A stretch of 64,000 bases of DNA from a bacterium (GCA_965209155.1 OZ242383.1:1984001-2048000), one strand, 5' to 3'. Shown: positions 19,416-30,149, counted from the first letter of the stretch. The notes: generated by a model from the letters alone, not told the origin. Numbers and translations are program-made.

Positions 19416-20440
19416 GCCGCCTCCTCGACCTTGTTCACTGGCGATTCCTTTTCGGATTCTTCGGTTGGTGGAAAGGCGATTCTTTCAATCCACTTCACCA
19501 CTTGATTGTAAGCCGCTTCCACCTCCGCGTGGGTGGATTGCTCGTCCGCATATTTGACCAAATCCGATTTTTGAGTGAGGAAAACGATCTGCTCACGTTC
19601 TTCAGCGTCGTAGGGAGTTCGGGATTGCAAGAGCGGCAGGAATTCCTGCGTCGTCATGCTGGTTGCTGAAAAACCGAATTGATTTTCCAGGTATTCCCGG
19701 AAAATTTCGGAAAGCTTCAAATAAAAATAATGCACCTGCTGCGGGTTCGTCGAAATAAATTGTTTTAATTCTCGCAAACGTTGAAATGCGCGTTGGTCAG
19801 ACCTTTCCTCGTCCTCGGTGGACACCGGCGGTTTCCTGCGCTTGCGAAGCAGGTAGAGCCACACTCCGAGTGAAATAAAAATACCTGCAACCAAAATCCA
19901 TATCCAGTCTTTGGTCGAGGGAGAAGGTGGAAGTTCCTGCTTAACTTTCAAAGCAGGCAGTTCCGGATTTTCCGGATCCAATTCAAAAAAAGAACGTGTT
20001 GTGAACGTCAGCGCGTCTGTTTTTCCCAGAACGCGAGAGGGTTGCTCACTATTATTGGTTTGCAGGCGCATGATTTCGATTTCAGGAATAGTCCAAGTGC
20101 CTGCTTGAACAGGCCAAAGTCTCCAGGACCAGCGCGTTGTCGGTATCTCTTCCTCATCAAAAGGCCAAAGTTCAGCAAACCAGGAGGATTCATCCCTTTG
20201 TTGCTGTAGGTGAGGAACATATTCTATCAGTTCGACGTCAATACCCGGCGGTACGTGTTCCTCGAGTGGTACAGGTTGGAATTGCAAGGCGGGAGGATGG
20301 GTAACTTCGATTTGATAAATGAGGAATTCTCCGGTGGTGAGAGAATTTTTATCCAGGGTGACGTAGATTTCCAGTGGTTGCGCCACGCAGTATGCGAACG
20401 TTACCAAAATCAAAAGGGTCAGAATGCTGATTCGTCGCAT
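19412..20440 (-). CDS. BatD-like/Bat-operon membrane-anchored protein
   Basis: Signal peptide, single TM segment, LSEIFREYLE..MTTQE..SDLVKYA C-terminal domain; overlaps batA start. Confidence 0.6.
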   Translation of the reverse strand: MRRISILTLLILVTFAYCVAQPLEIYVTLDKNSLTTGEFLIYQIEVTHPPALQFQPVPLEEHVPPGIDVELIEYVPHLQQQRDESSWFAELWPFDEEEIPTTRWSWRLWPVQAGTWTIPEIEIMRLQTNNSEQPSRVLGKTDALTFTTRSFFELDPENPELPALKVKQELPPSPSTKDWIWILVAGIFISLGVWLYLLRKRRKPPVSTEDEERSDQRAFQRLRELKQFISTNPQQVHYFYLKLSEIFREYLENQFGFSATSMTTQEFLPLLQSRTPYDAEEREQIVFLTQKSDLVKYADEQSTHAEVEAAYNQVVKWIERIAFPPTEESEKESPVNKVEEAA

Positions 20441-20492
20441 TGCTCCCTCTTTTCAAATTCCCTGATTGAGAATCCGATTATTATATAATGAT

Positions 20493-20620
20493 GTGAATCA
20501 GGAGTTAAAAACGCGTCATTCCTGGCGTGACCAGGAATCCAGGGTTCTTGCCGCATTCCGACATTCGCGTCCAGTTGGCATCCATTTCAAACCAGGAATG
20601 ATACGTTTATTCAATGATGA
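20493..20620. repeat. REP/MITE-like element copy
   Basis: GTGAATCAGGAGTTAAAA..GTCATTCCTGGCGTGACCAGGAATCCAG. Confidence 0.7.
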
Positions 20621-20897
20621 ATTCGTGAATTCGAGTATACAGTCGATTCATAATCATGTCCAGCCACACCCCCGGATACGCGAGGGGCTTCTCCCCCGGC
20701 GACATTTCCGGGTTTTGAGGATACAATCAAAAGATTGCAAATCGATTCGCACCCGGATAATATTGATTTCATCTTTGACATGCGTACAATTCCATTCCGA
20801 TTATTTTTTTATAAGATGGAACAGGGCAGGCAGCATATTGACTCCGTTCAATTGCGAACTCGTACTGCTTCCACTTGTAATTTCAGGGCAGGCATTC

Positions 20898-21749
20898 ATG
20901 ATCAAAACAAAAAAAAAAGAGCAACCATCATCTACGAAGGTTGCGCTGGTTCAAAAAAAGCCCGAGAAACTCCCCAGAGCCAAGTATGAAAAAAATTTAG
21001 CCAGGTTACACGTCGAGCTGGTCAAATTACAATACTGGATCAAACAAAAAGGCCTGCGGGTGGTCATCGTTTTCGAAGGCCGTGATGCCGCGGGCAAAGG
21101 AGGGACCATCAAGCGCATCATCGAACCTCTCAATCCCCGGGGTTGCACGGTCGTCGCCTTGGATAAACCTTCCGATCGGGAAAAAACTCAGTGGTATTTA
21201 CAGCGTTACGTACCCCATCTTCCGGCGGCAGGAGAAATGGTGCTTTTTGACAGAAGCTGGTACAACCGTGCTGGCGTGGAACGGGTAATGGGATTTTGTA
21301 GCGATGAGGAATACAAGGAATTTCTGCGTTCCTGTCCGGAATTCGAACGGATGCTGGTGCGTTCCGGAATGGTCTTGCTCAAATACTGGTTTTCCGTCAG
21401 TGACGAAGAACAAGAACGGCGATTCCGGGAACGTACGCTCAATCCCCTCAAACGCTGGAAATTTTCGCCCATGGACTTGGAGTCCCGCAAACGCTGGGTT
21501 AAATATTCCCAGGCAAAAGATGAGATGTTTTTTTATACGGACATCATCGAAGCGCCTTGGTACGTGATCGAATCCGATGACAAGCGACGAGCGCGTTTGA
21601 ACTGCATCAACCATATCTTAAAAATAATTCCCTACAAAGACATCATTCCGAAATCTTTCAATTTGTCACCATTGCCGAAAGAAAGCACCGGAGGTTATCG
21701 GCGTCCACCCAAGGAATCCCAACATTTTGTACCGGAGTTTGACAAGTAA
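20898..21749 (+). CDS. ppk2: polyphosphate kinase 2
   Basis: FEGRDAAGKGG, FDRSWYNRAGVERVMGFC and WKFSPMD motifs. Confidence 0.95.
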   Translation: MIKTKKKEQPSSTKVALVQKKPEKLPRAKYEKNLARLHVELVKLQYWIKQKGLRVVIVFEGRDAAGKGGTIKRIIEPLNPRGCTVVALDKPSDREKTQWYLQRYVPHLPAAGEMVLFDRSWYNRAGVERVMGFCSDEEYKEFLRSCPEFERMLVRSGMVLLKYWFSVSDEEQERRFRERTLNPLKRWKFSPMDLESRKRWVKYSQAKDEMFFYTDIIEAPWYVIESDDKRRARLNCINHILKIIPYKDIIPKSFNLSPLPKESTGGYRRPPKESQHFVPEFDK

Positions 21750-21792
21750 ATCTTTTTCTTAAGCAGGAACCGGAAAAAACCTTTGAATACGC

Positions 21793-22260
21793 ATGGGTCA
21801 GGAAATCGAACGAAAATATCGTATCCATTGCCGGAAAATTCCCCTGGGGAAAGGAATTCCCATCAAACAGGGCTACCTTCCCTCTGCAGGAGCCTGTGAA
21901 GTTCGGGTCCGGATTGCGGGAAATCAAGCCTTCCTTACCCTGAAAAGCAAAAGTGAGGGAATCACTCGCGGCGAATTCGAGTACCCCGTACCGGTTTCTG
22001 ACGCCAAACAAATACTCTCGGGATTCTGTTCCCATTTCGTGGAAAAAACTCGATACGAAGTGGAACATGCCGGTCACACTTGGGATGTCGATATCTTTGA
22101 AGGTGAGAATGAGGGGTTGGCACTGGCGGAAATCGAACTGCAATGCGAAAGCGAAACCTTTCAGAAACCCTGGTGGGTTGATGAAGAAGTAACCGGGGAC
22201 GTCCGATTTTACAATGCCCAACTGGCGTCTCGCCCTTACAAGCAATGGCAGGAAAAGTAA
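21793..22260 (+). CDS. CYTH domain protein (triphosphatase-like)
   Basis: EIERKY, QGYL, VRVRI, EFEY and LAEIEL motifs. Confidence 0.9.
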   Translation: MGQEIERKYRIHCRKIPLGKGIPIKQGYLPSAGACEVRVRIAGNQAFLTLKSKSEGITRGEFEYPVPVSDAKQILSGFCSHFVEKTRYEVEHAGHTWDVDIFEGENEGLALAEIELQCESETFQKPWWVDEEVTGDVRFYNAQLASRPYKQWQEK

Positions 22261-22309
22261 AACTGCAATTTTACCACGGCGGGTGTGAATCGATCAGGGG
22301 GGGCCTTCA

Positions 22310-23050
22310 TCAATCCAGCAGATTGATTTCTCTCCACAACTCATAGAAAGCTTTTGCCGCTCTATTTCGTGGGGCAAAACGTACCACGGCTTCTCGCAAC
22401 ACTCCCATCTTCTCCACATCCGAGGAGTAGGGAATACAACTATGCAAGGTGTCCGGGTAGGTTTGCGGGAATTGCGCAATCACCTCTCGATGCAGCGTTT
22501 TACGCCTGTCCACCATCGAAAAGAAAGGAAAAATCTTCAAGTGATCCATTCGGTGATCTCCGCAAAACCGGAATAACTGGTGAAAAGTACGGAGAGAGAG
22601 CGGGGTTGGGATCATCGGAACCAACATCATTTCGGAGAATTGCAATACGTTCTCTGAAACCAATGTCATACTTGGAGGGCAATCGAGAAACAAGACGTCA
22701 TAGGATTCACTCAACGGTTTCAGAATTTGCCGGAACTGCCGGACCGGTTTTTTCATCTGATCGAGGAGGAGGTCCATGTGGCGATAGGAAAAATCGGCAG
22801 GGATCAAGTCCAGATTTTCGAAATCAGACCCTTTGATCAAGGAATCGATTTTATGCTTACGACGAATGAGGGATTTGCTCCCTCCTTTGATTTTGGGAGA
22901 GATTCGAAAATAAAAACTGGATGCTCCTTGCGGGTCGAGGTCCCATAGCAAAGTACGGGCACCATGTTCTGCGGCCAGGTACGCCAGGTTGACCGCTGCC
23001 GCGGTTTTGCCCACTCCCCCTTTGATATTGTAAATAGCGATTTTTTTCAT
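22310..23050 (-). CDS. ParA/MinD family ATPase
   Basis: KGGVGKT, DLDPQG and LDCPPS motifs. Confidence 0.9.
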   Translation of the reverse strand: MKKIAIYNIKGGVGKTAAAVNLAYLAAEHGARTLLWDLDPQGASSFYFRISPKIKGGSKSLIRRKHKIDSLIKGSDFENLDLIPADFSYRHMDLLLDQMKKPVRQFRQILKPLSESYDVLFLDCPPSMTLVSENVLQFSEMMLVPMIPTPLSLRTFHQLFRFCGDHRMDHLKIFPFFSMVDRRKTLHREVIAQFPQTYPDTLHSCIPYSSDVEKMGVLREAVVRFAPRNRAAKAFYELWREINLLD

Positions 23051-24621
23051 TTGCCTTGCTTCCGGTTTGATCCCTTACGAAATAATCGCTTGAATCGCTT
23101 TTGGTGATCGGCTGAAGCGAATTCTTCAAAACGGGAATGAAAAACGCGACGAGCCTCCATTTGCTGATTTTTAAGATCTTTCACCAGCATCCCCAAAGCC
23201 AGTTGCGTGTTGGGAAAATTTTTACCACTATTATTGAGTTGTTCTCCAAATTCTATCAATGAGCTCCATTGCACTTGAAAATCCTGGAATTTTCCCAGGT
23301 TGTCTTGCAATCGTTTCAAAACCCTGATCAAAGTTTTGATTTCTTCCGGAGGATACAGACTTTGAAAAAATTCCATCAGGTAGCGTAGTTTTTTGCAGGT
23401 TTTCCGCAGTTCGTGCAACACTTCTTCCGTGGTATCCGCCTGAATGGATTTTCCGTCATGGAGAACTCTCCGATAGACCCGCCAGATTCGCCCACTGGCC
23501 ACTTCAGTCACTGGTTGCTGAGCAACCGAAGGAGGATTTTCCTGAAAAAAAGGACTTTTCAAGAACTGCTTCCATCTCCTTAAAAAGCGATGATAACGAG
23601 ACGAACTCAAGGCTTTCATCAATTTTAAATGTTCACTGCGTTTTTCTCTCTGCAATAACTGGCGCAAGGGTTCCAGTTCTTCACGCAATTCTGCGGGTAG
23701 ATCCGCCTGGTAGTCGTCGAACTTTAATAAATAAACATCCAAATCCCGCAGTCTGCTTGTCACTTGACCGAGCCAGGCAAACTCTTCGCGGAAACGGGAA
23801 AGCGCTTGTTGCGGAAAAACCCGCTTCAACTGTCCCAAACCCGAACGGACACGCCGCACTGCCACCCGGAAATCATGCAGAAATTCTGAATCCAGGTCTT
23901 GACGCAGGCCGATTTCATTATTTTCCAGGGATTCCAATAAGCGCGCGAAAATCAATTTGAGCGCTTGTTCCGTCGTCAATTCCGAGGAGAGCGGGACATC
24001 CAGCTTCCCCGAATAGTATCCGGGATCGATCTCGAGCCGGAGCATGGCTTGTTCCAGAAGGGTATTCTCCATTTTTTCCATTCCTGCCATAGCGGATCTA
24101 AGGCGGGAAGCCGGTTCTTTGTATCCCTTAACCGGTACCAACAGTACGCTTTTTCCCAATGTTTGGCTTTTTCTCCGTTGGGGCGTGAGTAGGAGGTTCT
24201 CTTCACAAAAGAGGTGCAACACTGTCTTTTGCTCTCGATCCAATAGCCTGAGAGGATAAATATCACTTTTGATGGTAATTTGAGGAAGCAGCGCTCTCAC
24301 CTCCAGGATCGGTTCCAGACGTTTTTTGAACAGACCTGGAGGAAAATCCCAAATGAACCGGGGCATCATGGAAAGAGGCGCACTGCCAATACTCTGCCCA
24401 CTCTCCCGGTCGAGCCAACGCAGTCGCAATTTGCCTTTTGATACTTCCTCGACTTCGAGCATCCCACCGCTTTGATAAATCCTCCAATCGAAACTGTCGT
24501 AATAGATACGTCGGATGGACATTGCAGGTGCTTCATCCAAGGAAAACCGTTCCTTTAATTTTTGCTTGGTCTCGGAAAGCGACTGGTTATCGGGAATGAT
24601 GAATCGTGAGTTTGCTTGCAT
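23047..24621 (-). CDS. CHAD domain protein with a CYTH-like N-terminus
   Basis: LHDFRVAVRR, RDLDV, LHELRKTCKKLRY and LQDNLG..QD motifs. Confidence 0.88.
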   Translation of the reverse strand: MQANSRFIIPDNQSLSETKQKLKERFSLDEAPAMSIRRIYYDSFDWRIYQSGGMLEVEEVSKGKLRLRWLDRESGQSIGSAPLSMMPRFIWDFPPGLFKKRLEPILEVRALLPQITIKSDIYPLRLLDREQKTVLHLFCEENLLLTPQRRKSQTLGKSVLLVPVKGYKEPASRLRSAMAGMEKMENTLLEQAMLRLEIDPGYYSGKLDVPLSSELTTEQALKLIFARLLESLENNEIGLRQDLDSEFLHDFRVAVRRVRSGLGQLKRVFPQQALSRFREEFAWLGQVTSRLRDLDVYLLKFDDYQADLPAELREELEPLRQLLQREKRSEHLKLMKALSSSRYHRFLRRWKQFLKSPFFQENPPSVAQQPVTEVASGRIWRVYRRVLHDGKSIQADTTEEVLHELRKTCKKLRYLMEFFQSLYPPEEIKTLIRVLKRLQDNLGKFQDFQVQWSSLIEFGEQLNNSGKNFPNTQLALGMLVKDLKNQQMEARRVFHSRFEEFASADHQKRFKRLFRKGSNRKQGK

Positions 24622-24675
24622 TCGATGCGCAGGTTTATTACTGTCAAAAAGGATTCGGTCTTCTGCAGGTTCCCT

Positions 24676-25917
24676 TCAGATTGGCTGATTTTGAGTCGTG
24701 GAATTTTCTGGTGCCGGTTCAAGATAGAGTTTTGTCTTGGAACGAAGTTGAAATGAAAACAGCAACGCCACAACCAGCGTCCCCACGACTAAATCCATGG
24801 CCGCGACGATGCCCCAGCGGTCCGCCAATCCTCCGATAGGCCCTATGATCAACGCTCCCACACCCCAACCCAAACCCATTGTGACCGCGGAGGCCGTACT
24901 GGCATGACCGGGAAGTTTTTCCTGAGCGTAAGCGACGACCACCGGGTTGTTTCCAATCAACATGAATCCACCCAAAAACAGGAATAATAAGGAAAGCGCT
25001 CCATCCGTGTGTAGAAACACGAAGAGAGAGGGCAAAGCGATCAGCAGTGAGACAACCACCACCGGACAACGACCGAATCGATCGGAGAGCGGTCCTCCAG
25101 CCATGATACCGAAGACGCCTGCTACCAGGAACAGGGACAATCCCAAACTCGAGACAAGATAGGAATACCCGCGTTGCTCCAACAAAATGATGGTATATAC
25201 CATGAAACTCAAGTAAACAATGTGCCGGGATACCACGATCAGCCAGGGTACCCACAACACTCTCATGGCTTCAGACCAAGGCGCATACAGTGTTTTGGCG
25301 GGACTTTGCAAGGAAGCGGGCATGGCCCGTTTCAGCACGACGAGTACGGCCAGAATGAGGGCCAACAAGAGCCAGGAGCCTGCTTCCAGACCCAAAGTTT
25401 CATACATCATGGCCGCTGCCAGGGGTCCCAGGGAAAATCCGATGGTGCCACAGGCGATAAAAAGCGCAATGGTCAGCCCCCTCTGGTTGGGCGCGAGGGC
25501 ACCGGTTTCAGCAGTGGCTCTTGGATGAAACATGGCAGTTCCAAGACCGGCAATCGCTACGGCTACCATCAGCCACCAATAATTCGATAAAAGTCCTGCC
25601 AGGCTCAAGAAAATACCGGTCAAGGCGATACCGACCAGCATGAAGTCGAAACGCCGGAATCGATCGCTGAGCAAACCGAAAATGATTTGAGCAAATGAAC
25701 CGGCAATGAGAAAACTGGAAGCCAGAAACCCTACCATCGCCAGCGACAAATCGAGCTTGATGAGCAAGATCGGAAGCAGGGCTGGTAAAATATTCGCATA
25801 GAAATCATTGGTGAAGTGGCCCAACAACACCGGCCATATCCGCTTGCCGAGTTGAATTGCTTTCCAAATGGAGCGGATGGGATTCGCTGATTTTCTACCA
25901 ATTGCATTCAACGACAT
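24676..25917 (-). CDS. MFS transporter (Fsr-like)
   Basis: HFTNDFY, GLLSDR and AMFHP motifs; about 12 TM segments. Confidence 0.85.
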   Translation of the reverse strand: MSLNAIGRKSANPIRSIWKAIQLGKRIWPVLLGHFTNDFYANILPALLPILLIKLDLSLAMVGFLASSFLIAGSFAQIIFGLLSDRFRRFDFMLVGIALTGIFLSLAGLLSNYWWLMVAVAIAGLGTAMFHPRATAETGALAPNQRGLTIALFIACGTIGFSLGPLAAAMMYETLGLEAGSWLLLALILAVLVVLKRAMPASLQSPAKTLYAPWSEAMRVLWVPWLIVVSRHIVYLSFMVYTIILLEQRGYSYLVSSLGLSLFLVAGVFGIMAGGPLSDRFGRCPVVVVSLLIALPSLFVFLHTDGALSLLFLFLGGFMLIGNNPVVVAYAQEKLPGHASTASAVTMGLGWGVGALIIGPIGGLADRWGIVAAMDLVVGTLVVALLFSFQLRSKTKLYLEPAPENSTTQNQPI

Positions 25918-25918
25918 A

Positions 25919-27256
25919 TTATCTCGTCTCGGGATTGGTGAGACCATAGCCGTGTTCACCATGGAGGGAAGCGTCCATTCCCATGACTTCTTTTTCCTCA
26001 TCGAGTCGAAACCCCACAGTTTTTTCCACCAAAAAGCAAATAATCCAGGTACCAATCAATGCGGTGACGACGGTTGCGCCCAACCCCAGGAGTTGCAAGA
26101 AGAATTGGTCGATCATGTTCCAGCCGGTTACCGGGACATTCGACGCTGCCTCTTCCATCCAACTGTCCCGGATAAAAAACGCGAGTAACAAAACTCCCAA
26201 ACCACTACCAATGCCGTGGATTCCAAAACAGTCGAGACTGTCGTCATAGCCAAACCTGTTTTTCATTCTGAATGCATAGAAACAGGCAATGGAGGACAAG
26301 GCCCCCAAGGCAAGCGCCCCTGTGGGTTGAACCACTCCCGCTGCAGGCGTGATGGCCACCAAACCGGCTAAAATACCGGAGACGAATCCGAGGGAGGTGG
26401 CTTTTCGGAACATGATTGCTTCGATAACGATCCACATCAAGGCACCGCTGGCAGCGGAAATCTGAGTCATCGTCAGCGCCCGCGCGGTCTCCAATCCACT
26501 TTGAACCGTGGAACCGGCGTTGAAACCGAACCAACCCACCCAAAGAAGTCCGGCTCCCAACAAAGTAAGGGTCATATTGTTGGGATGCATGGCGGTTCGG
26601 GGATACCCCCGGCGCGGTCCCAAAAACAAGGCCACCACCAACGCGCTGAAACCCGCGGAAACGTGGATTACCAATCCACCTGCCAGGTCGATGACGCCAG
26701 AGGGTCCTATATTGGCGAGCCACCCGTCTGAGGCCCAGACCCAATGACACAGGGGGCTGTAGACCAGTAACATCCAAAGCGCAACGAACAAGCAGAATCC
26801 CCGGAATGAAACTCGCTCCGCCAACGCGCCGCTGATCAAGGCGGGCGTGATGATGGCGAATTTACCCTGGAACATGGCCAGCACGTATTCCGGCACCCCA
26901 TCCGTGATGGTGTCGTCGATTCCTTTCAGGAAAAAATAATCATCATTCCAGCCGACGAAACCACCCAGGATGTTGCTACCAAAAGTGAGGGAATAACCAC
27001 AAATCGTCCACAACACGCCAACGATCGCCATAGCGACGAAACTGTGCATCATCGTACCCAACACATTTTTTGTCCTCACCAATCCTCCGTAGAACAAGGC
27101 CAACCCGGGAGTCATCAGCAAAACCAAGGCGGTCGAAGTCAGCATCCAGGCAGTTGTTCCGGAATCCACAGCATTTTCTTCTGCTGCCAAAACGAATTGT
27201 GGCAATAATAAAAATATTGCGCCTGCCAGTGTTGCCATGATTATTGATCCTTTCAT
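25919..27256 (-). CDS. amtB: ammonium transporter
   Basis: LMTPGLALFYGG, DLAGGLVIH, WFGFNAGS and DDSLDCFGIHG motifs. Confidence 0.95.
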   Translation of the reverse strand: MKGSIIMATLAGAIFLLLPQFVLAAEENAVDSGTTAWMLTSTALVLLMTPGLALFYGGLVRTKNVLGTMMHSFVAMAIVGVLWTICGYSLTFGSNILGGFVGWNDDYFFLKGIDDTITDGVPEYVLAMFQGKFAIITPALISGALAERVSFRGFCLFVALWMLLVYSPLCHWVWASDGWLANIGPSGVIDLAGGLVIHVSAGFSALVVALFLGPRRGYPRTAMHPNNMTLTLLGAGLLWVGWFGFNAGSTVQSGLETARALTMTQISAASGALMWIVIEAIMFRKATSLGFVSGILAGLVAITPAAGVVQPTGALALGALSSIACFYAFRMKNRFGYDDSLDCFGIHGIGSGLGVLLLAFFIRDSWMEEAASNVPVTGWNMIDQFFLQLLGLGATVVTALIGTWIICFLVEKTVGFRLDEEKEVMGMDASLHGEHGYGLTNPETR

Positions 27257-27508
27257 AGTTCCTCCTTATTAAGCGCTAATTTCGTTTACATTTTGTTATC
27301 TTCGTCAGCAATCCCTGGTCGCATTTCAAGAATCACTATCATGAAAATTCCCGTGGTTACAAGCTAAAAAGTTACTTTGGAGCGAATCGTGAGCTCACCC
27401 CGCTTTTCCACGAACGCCATCATGCTGTTGAAAGGCGAGTGGTCTTCCAATTGAGCCAAACAACTTCATGAGAGAATGTCCCGCTATTTCAATTTCCACA
27501 GTCACCGG

Positions 27509-29059
27509 TCATATGATGGGACGATCGAGACTGCGGTATTGAACGGCTTCCGTAATGTGAGGTGTGTCAATGGTTTCTGATTCGGCAAGGTCGGCAATGG
27601 TACGGGCCACTTTCAGGATACGGTCATACGCTCGAGCGCTCAAACCCAGTTTGTTCATCGCCGTTTCCAGAATTTTACGCGCCGCAGGAGTGGGTTGGGC
27701 GAATTGCTCGGTTTCTTTGGGCGCCATATTCGAGTTGTTCCGGGTTTTTGAATCTTGAAAACGAGCCAATTGAATGGTACGGGCCTGGATGATCCGTTGA
27801 CGAATGGAAGCAGATGCTTCTCCTTTGCGCCGGTCGGAAAGTTGGTCATACTCCACTGCAGGTACTGATAATTGAAGGTCTATCCGATCGAGCAAGGGTC
27901 CCGAAATTTTGGAGCGGTATTTTTCAATTTGGGTCGGATTGCAATGGCACTCTTTCAGTTGGACAGTCAATCCTGGAGACTTGCTACCGAAATAACCGCA
28001 TGGGCAAGGGTTCATCGCCGCCAGTAACAAAAAATCACAAGGAAATTCCAGTGACATGGCGGCACGGGCAATAATGATTTTGTGATCTTCCAGGGGTTGC
28101 CGCAACAATTCCAAAACGCCTCGAGGAAATTCCGGCAGTTCGTCTAAAAACAAAACGCCATTGTGGGCCAACGAAATTTCTCCAGGAACCGGAATACTGC
28201 CACCACCTACCAGGCCCGGGGAGGAAATGGTATGATGCGGTGAACGAAAAGGACGCGTTGCCAACAATGCCGTTTCCTCCGGCAGAAGGCCGGCGATGCT
28301 GTGTATTTTGGTCGTTTCCAGTGATTCGTCCATGGAAGGATATGGCAAAATGGAAGCCATCCGGCGTGCCAACATCGTTTTACCGGACCCGGGAGGGCCC
28401 ATCATCAGCAAATTATGGTTCCCGGCTGCAGCGACTTCCATGGCGCGTTTGACGTGTTCTTGTCCTTTGACGTCCTGAAAATCTTCCACATAGCTTTGGC
28501 TTTCTTCAAATAGGGTCTCAATTTGATATTCATTTTGCTGAATGACCAGCTCTCCCTGCAGGTAGCGCACCACTTCGTGCAACGAAGTGACGGGGAAGCG
28601 GGGAACCTCTGAAACCACAGCGGCCTCGGCTTCATTGGATTTGGGAAGAATCAATCCCTTCCTGCCATTTTCCCGAGCAGCCACTGCAATAGGCAAGACC
28701 CCGCGAATCGGACGTATGGTGCCATCCAGGGAAAGCTCTCCCACGATCATGTAATCTTGCAGCATCTCGGAAGAAAAAACTCCCATGGCGCCCAACAATG
28801 CCACGGCAATGGGTAAATCGAACCCGGAACCAATTTCCCGTAGATTGGCAGGTGCCAGGTTGACAATAATCTTGCGTACCGGCATGCTGTATCCACAATT
28901 GGAGATAGCCGTCATGACCCGGTCTCGACTCTCCCGAATCGAACTGTCCGGCAAGCCCACGATGTTGAAAATGCTCAAACCCAACGAAACGTCGACTTCC
29001 ACGTCAATCGGGTGGGCATTGATGCCCAACACAGTCGCAGAATAGGTTTTGGCGATCAT
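27509..29059 (-). CDS. comM: YifB/ComM Mg-chelatase-like ATPase
   Basis: VGLPD..IRESRDRV, GPPGSGKT, RPFRSPHHT, AMNPCPCG and SGPLLDRID motifs. Confidence 0.93.
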   Translation of the reverse strand: MIAKTYSATVLGINAHPIDVEVDVSLGLSIFNIVGLPDSSIRESRDRVMTAISNCGYSMPVRKIIVNLAPANLREIGSGFDLPIAVALLGAMGVFSSEMLQDYMIVGELSLDGTIRPIRGVLPIAVAARENGRKGLILPKSNEAEAAVVSEVPRFPVTSLHEVVRYLQGELVIQQNEYQIETLFEESQSYVEDFQDVKGQEHVKRAMEVAAAGNHNLLMMGPPGSGKTMLARRMASILPYPSMDESLETTKIHSIAGLLPEETALLATRPFRSPHHTISSPGLVGGGSIPVPGEISLAHNGVLFLDELPEFPRGVLELLRQPLEDHKIIIARAAMSLEFPCDFLLLAAMNPCPCGYFGSKSPGLTVQLKECHCNPTQIEKYRSKISGPLLDRIDLQLSVPAVEYDQLSDRRKGEASASIRQRIIQARTIQLARFQDSKTRNNSNMAPKETEQFAQPTPAARKILETAMNKLGLSARAYDRILKVARTIADLAESETIDTPHITEAVQYRSLDRPII

Positions 29060-29192
29060 ATCAGCAAGTTAACAGGAAGGGAATGAGCGTAAATCATTCC
29101 CGGCATGGCGCAATTTTCGTGATGAGATACGTTTGTGAAAAACTCTACCCCAGCCCCTGCCTGCAGTAAAGTAAAAAGAAATTACCACTTAC

Positions 29193-29470
29193 GTGAATCA
29201 GGAGTTAAAAAGCGTGTCATTCCGCCCTGAGAGCCGGATTTTTTCTCCATTGTCATTCCTGGCTTGACCAGGAATCCATTGCTTCCATCCTCTATTTCAG
29301 TATACCGTATCAAGTCGGTGATGATCCGGGACCAGGATGAGCCGTCCATAGAGATTCACTCTTTAAATTAAATGCAGGAGTTTAAAAGCGTGTCATTCCT
29401 GGCTTGACCAGGAATCCAATGCTTCCATTCTCGATTTCAGTATACCGTATCAAGTCCGTGATGACCCATC
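29193..29470. repeat. tandem REP/MITE-like copies
   Basis: Two GTCATTCCTGGCTTGACCAGGAATCC units followed by near-identical TTTCAGTATACCGTATCAAGTC. Confidence 0.75.
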
Positions 29471-29485
29471 CATTCTCAGAGTTTC

Positions 29486-30013
29486 TCAATATTGCTTGTT
29501 CTTGAAGTCTTCTTCCAAACGGCTTGGTGTCGCGCGATCTTGTCCGTTGTATTTACCCCGATAAGGATTTTCAGCTCGTGTCGTCATTTTAAAAAAAACA
29601 ATCTGGCATATACGGATTCCGGCCTTCAGTTCAATGGGAACATGGGATTGGTTTTCCAATTCCAGGGTTATTTTCCCGTAGAAACCACCATCGATGAAAC
29701 TGGCATTTTGGACTTGCAATCCCAAGCGTCCGATACTGGAACGACCTTCCACGTAGGCAGCCATATCATCCGGAATCCGAATGAATTCGGCAGTACTCGC
29801 TAATACGAAATGTTTGGGTGGGAGGACGTAGGTGGGGGATTGGAGATGTTGATACCGAACGGGTTCTCCCAGCACTATTTTGTTTTTTCGTGGATCCAAC
29901 CAACTGAAAGAATCGGACAACGTGAGATCGACGCTCGATGGCCCCACGTGCAATCCTGGCGGCAAATAACCGTCTTCCATCAATTTCTTCAATTCCACGT
30001 CGGAAAGCACCAT
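29486..30013 (-). CDS. dcd: dCTP deaminase
   Basis: PSSVDLTL, EGRSSIGRLG, GKITLEL and YRGKYNGQ motifs. Confidence 0.93.
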   Translation of the reverse strand: MVLSDVELKKLMEDGYLPPGLHVGPSSVDLTLSDSFSWLDPRKNKIVLGEPVRYQHLQSPTYVLPPKHFVLASTAEFIRIPDDMAAYVEGRSSIGRLGLQVQNASFIDGGFYGKITLELENQSHVPIELKAGIRICQIVFFKMTTRAENPYRGKYNGQDRATPSRLEEDFKNKQY

Positions 30014-30084
30014 TTTTTTCAGTTCATGTCAGGTGTTTGGAACTTGTAGAAGATCGACTTTATTCCTGAAGCTCTCCTGTAAAG

Positions 30085-30140
30085 AAGGCACAAAGGCACA
30101 AAGGCACAAAGGCACAAAGGCACAAAGGCACAAAGGCACA
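30085..30140 (+). repeat. octamer tandem repeat (AAGGCACA)7
   Basis: Seven perfect copies; an inverted array lies at 30649-30684. Confidence 0.95.
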
Positions 30141-30149
30141 AAGCATTTT

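Noticed and set aside
20466..20897. N-terminal extension of PPK2
   Set aside because: Runs through a REP element; PPK2-like sequence begins only after the ATG at 20898
27260..27500. Sigma54 or nitrogen-regulator site upstream of amt
   Set aside because: No TGGCAC-N5-TTGC; the short GTAAC repeats are too weak to call
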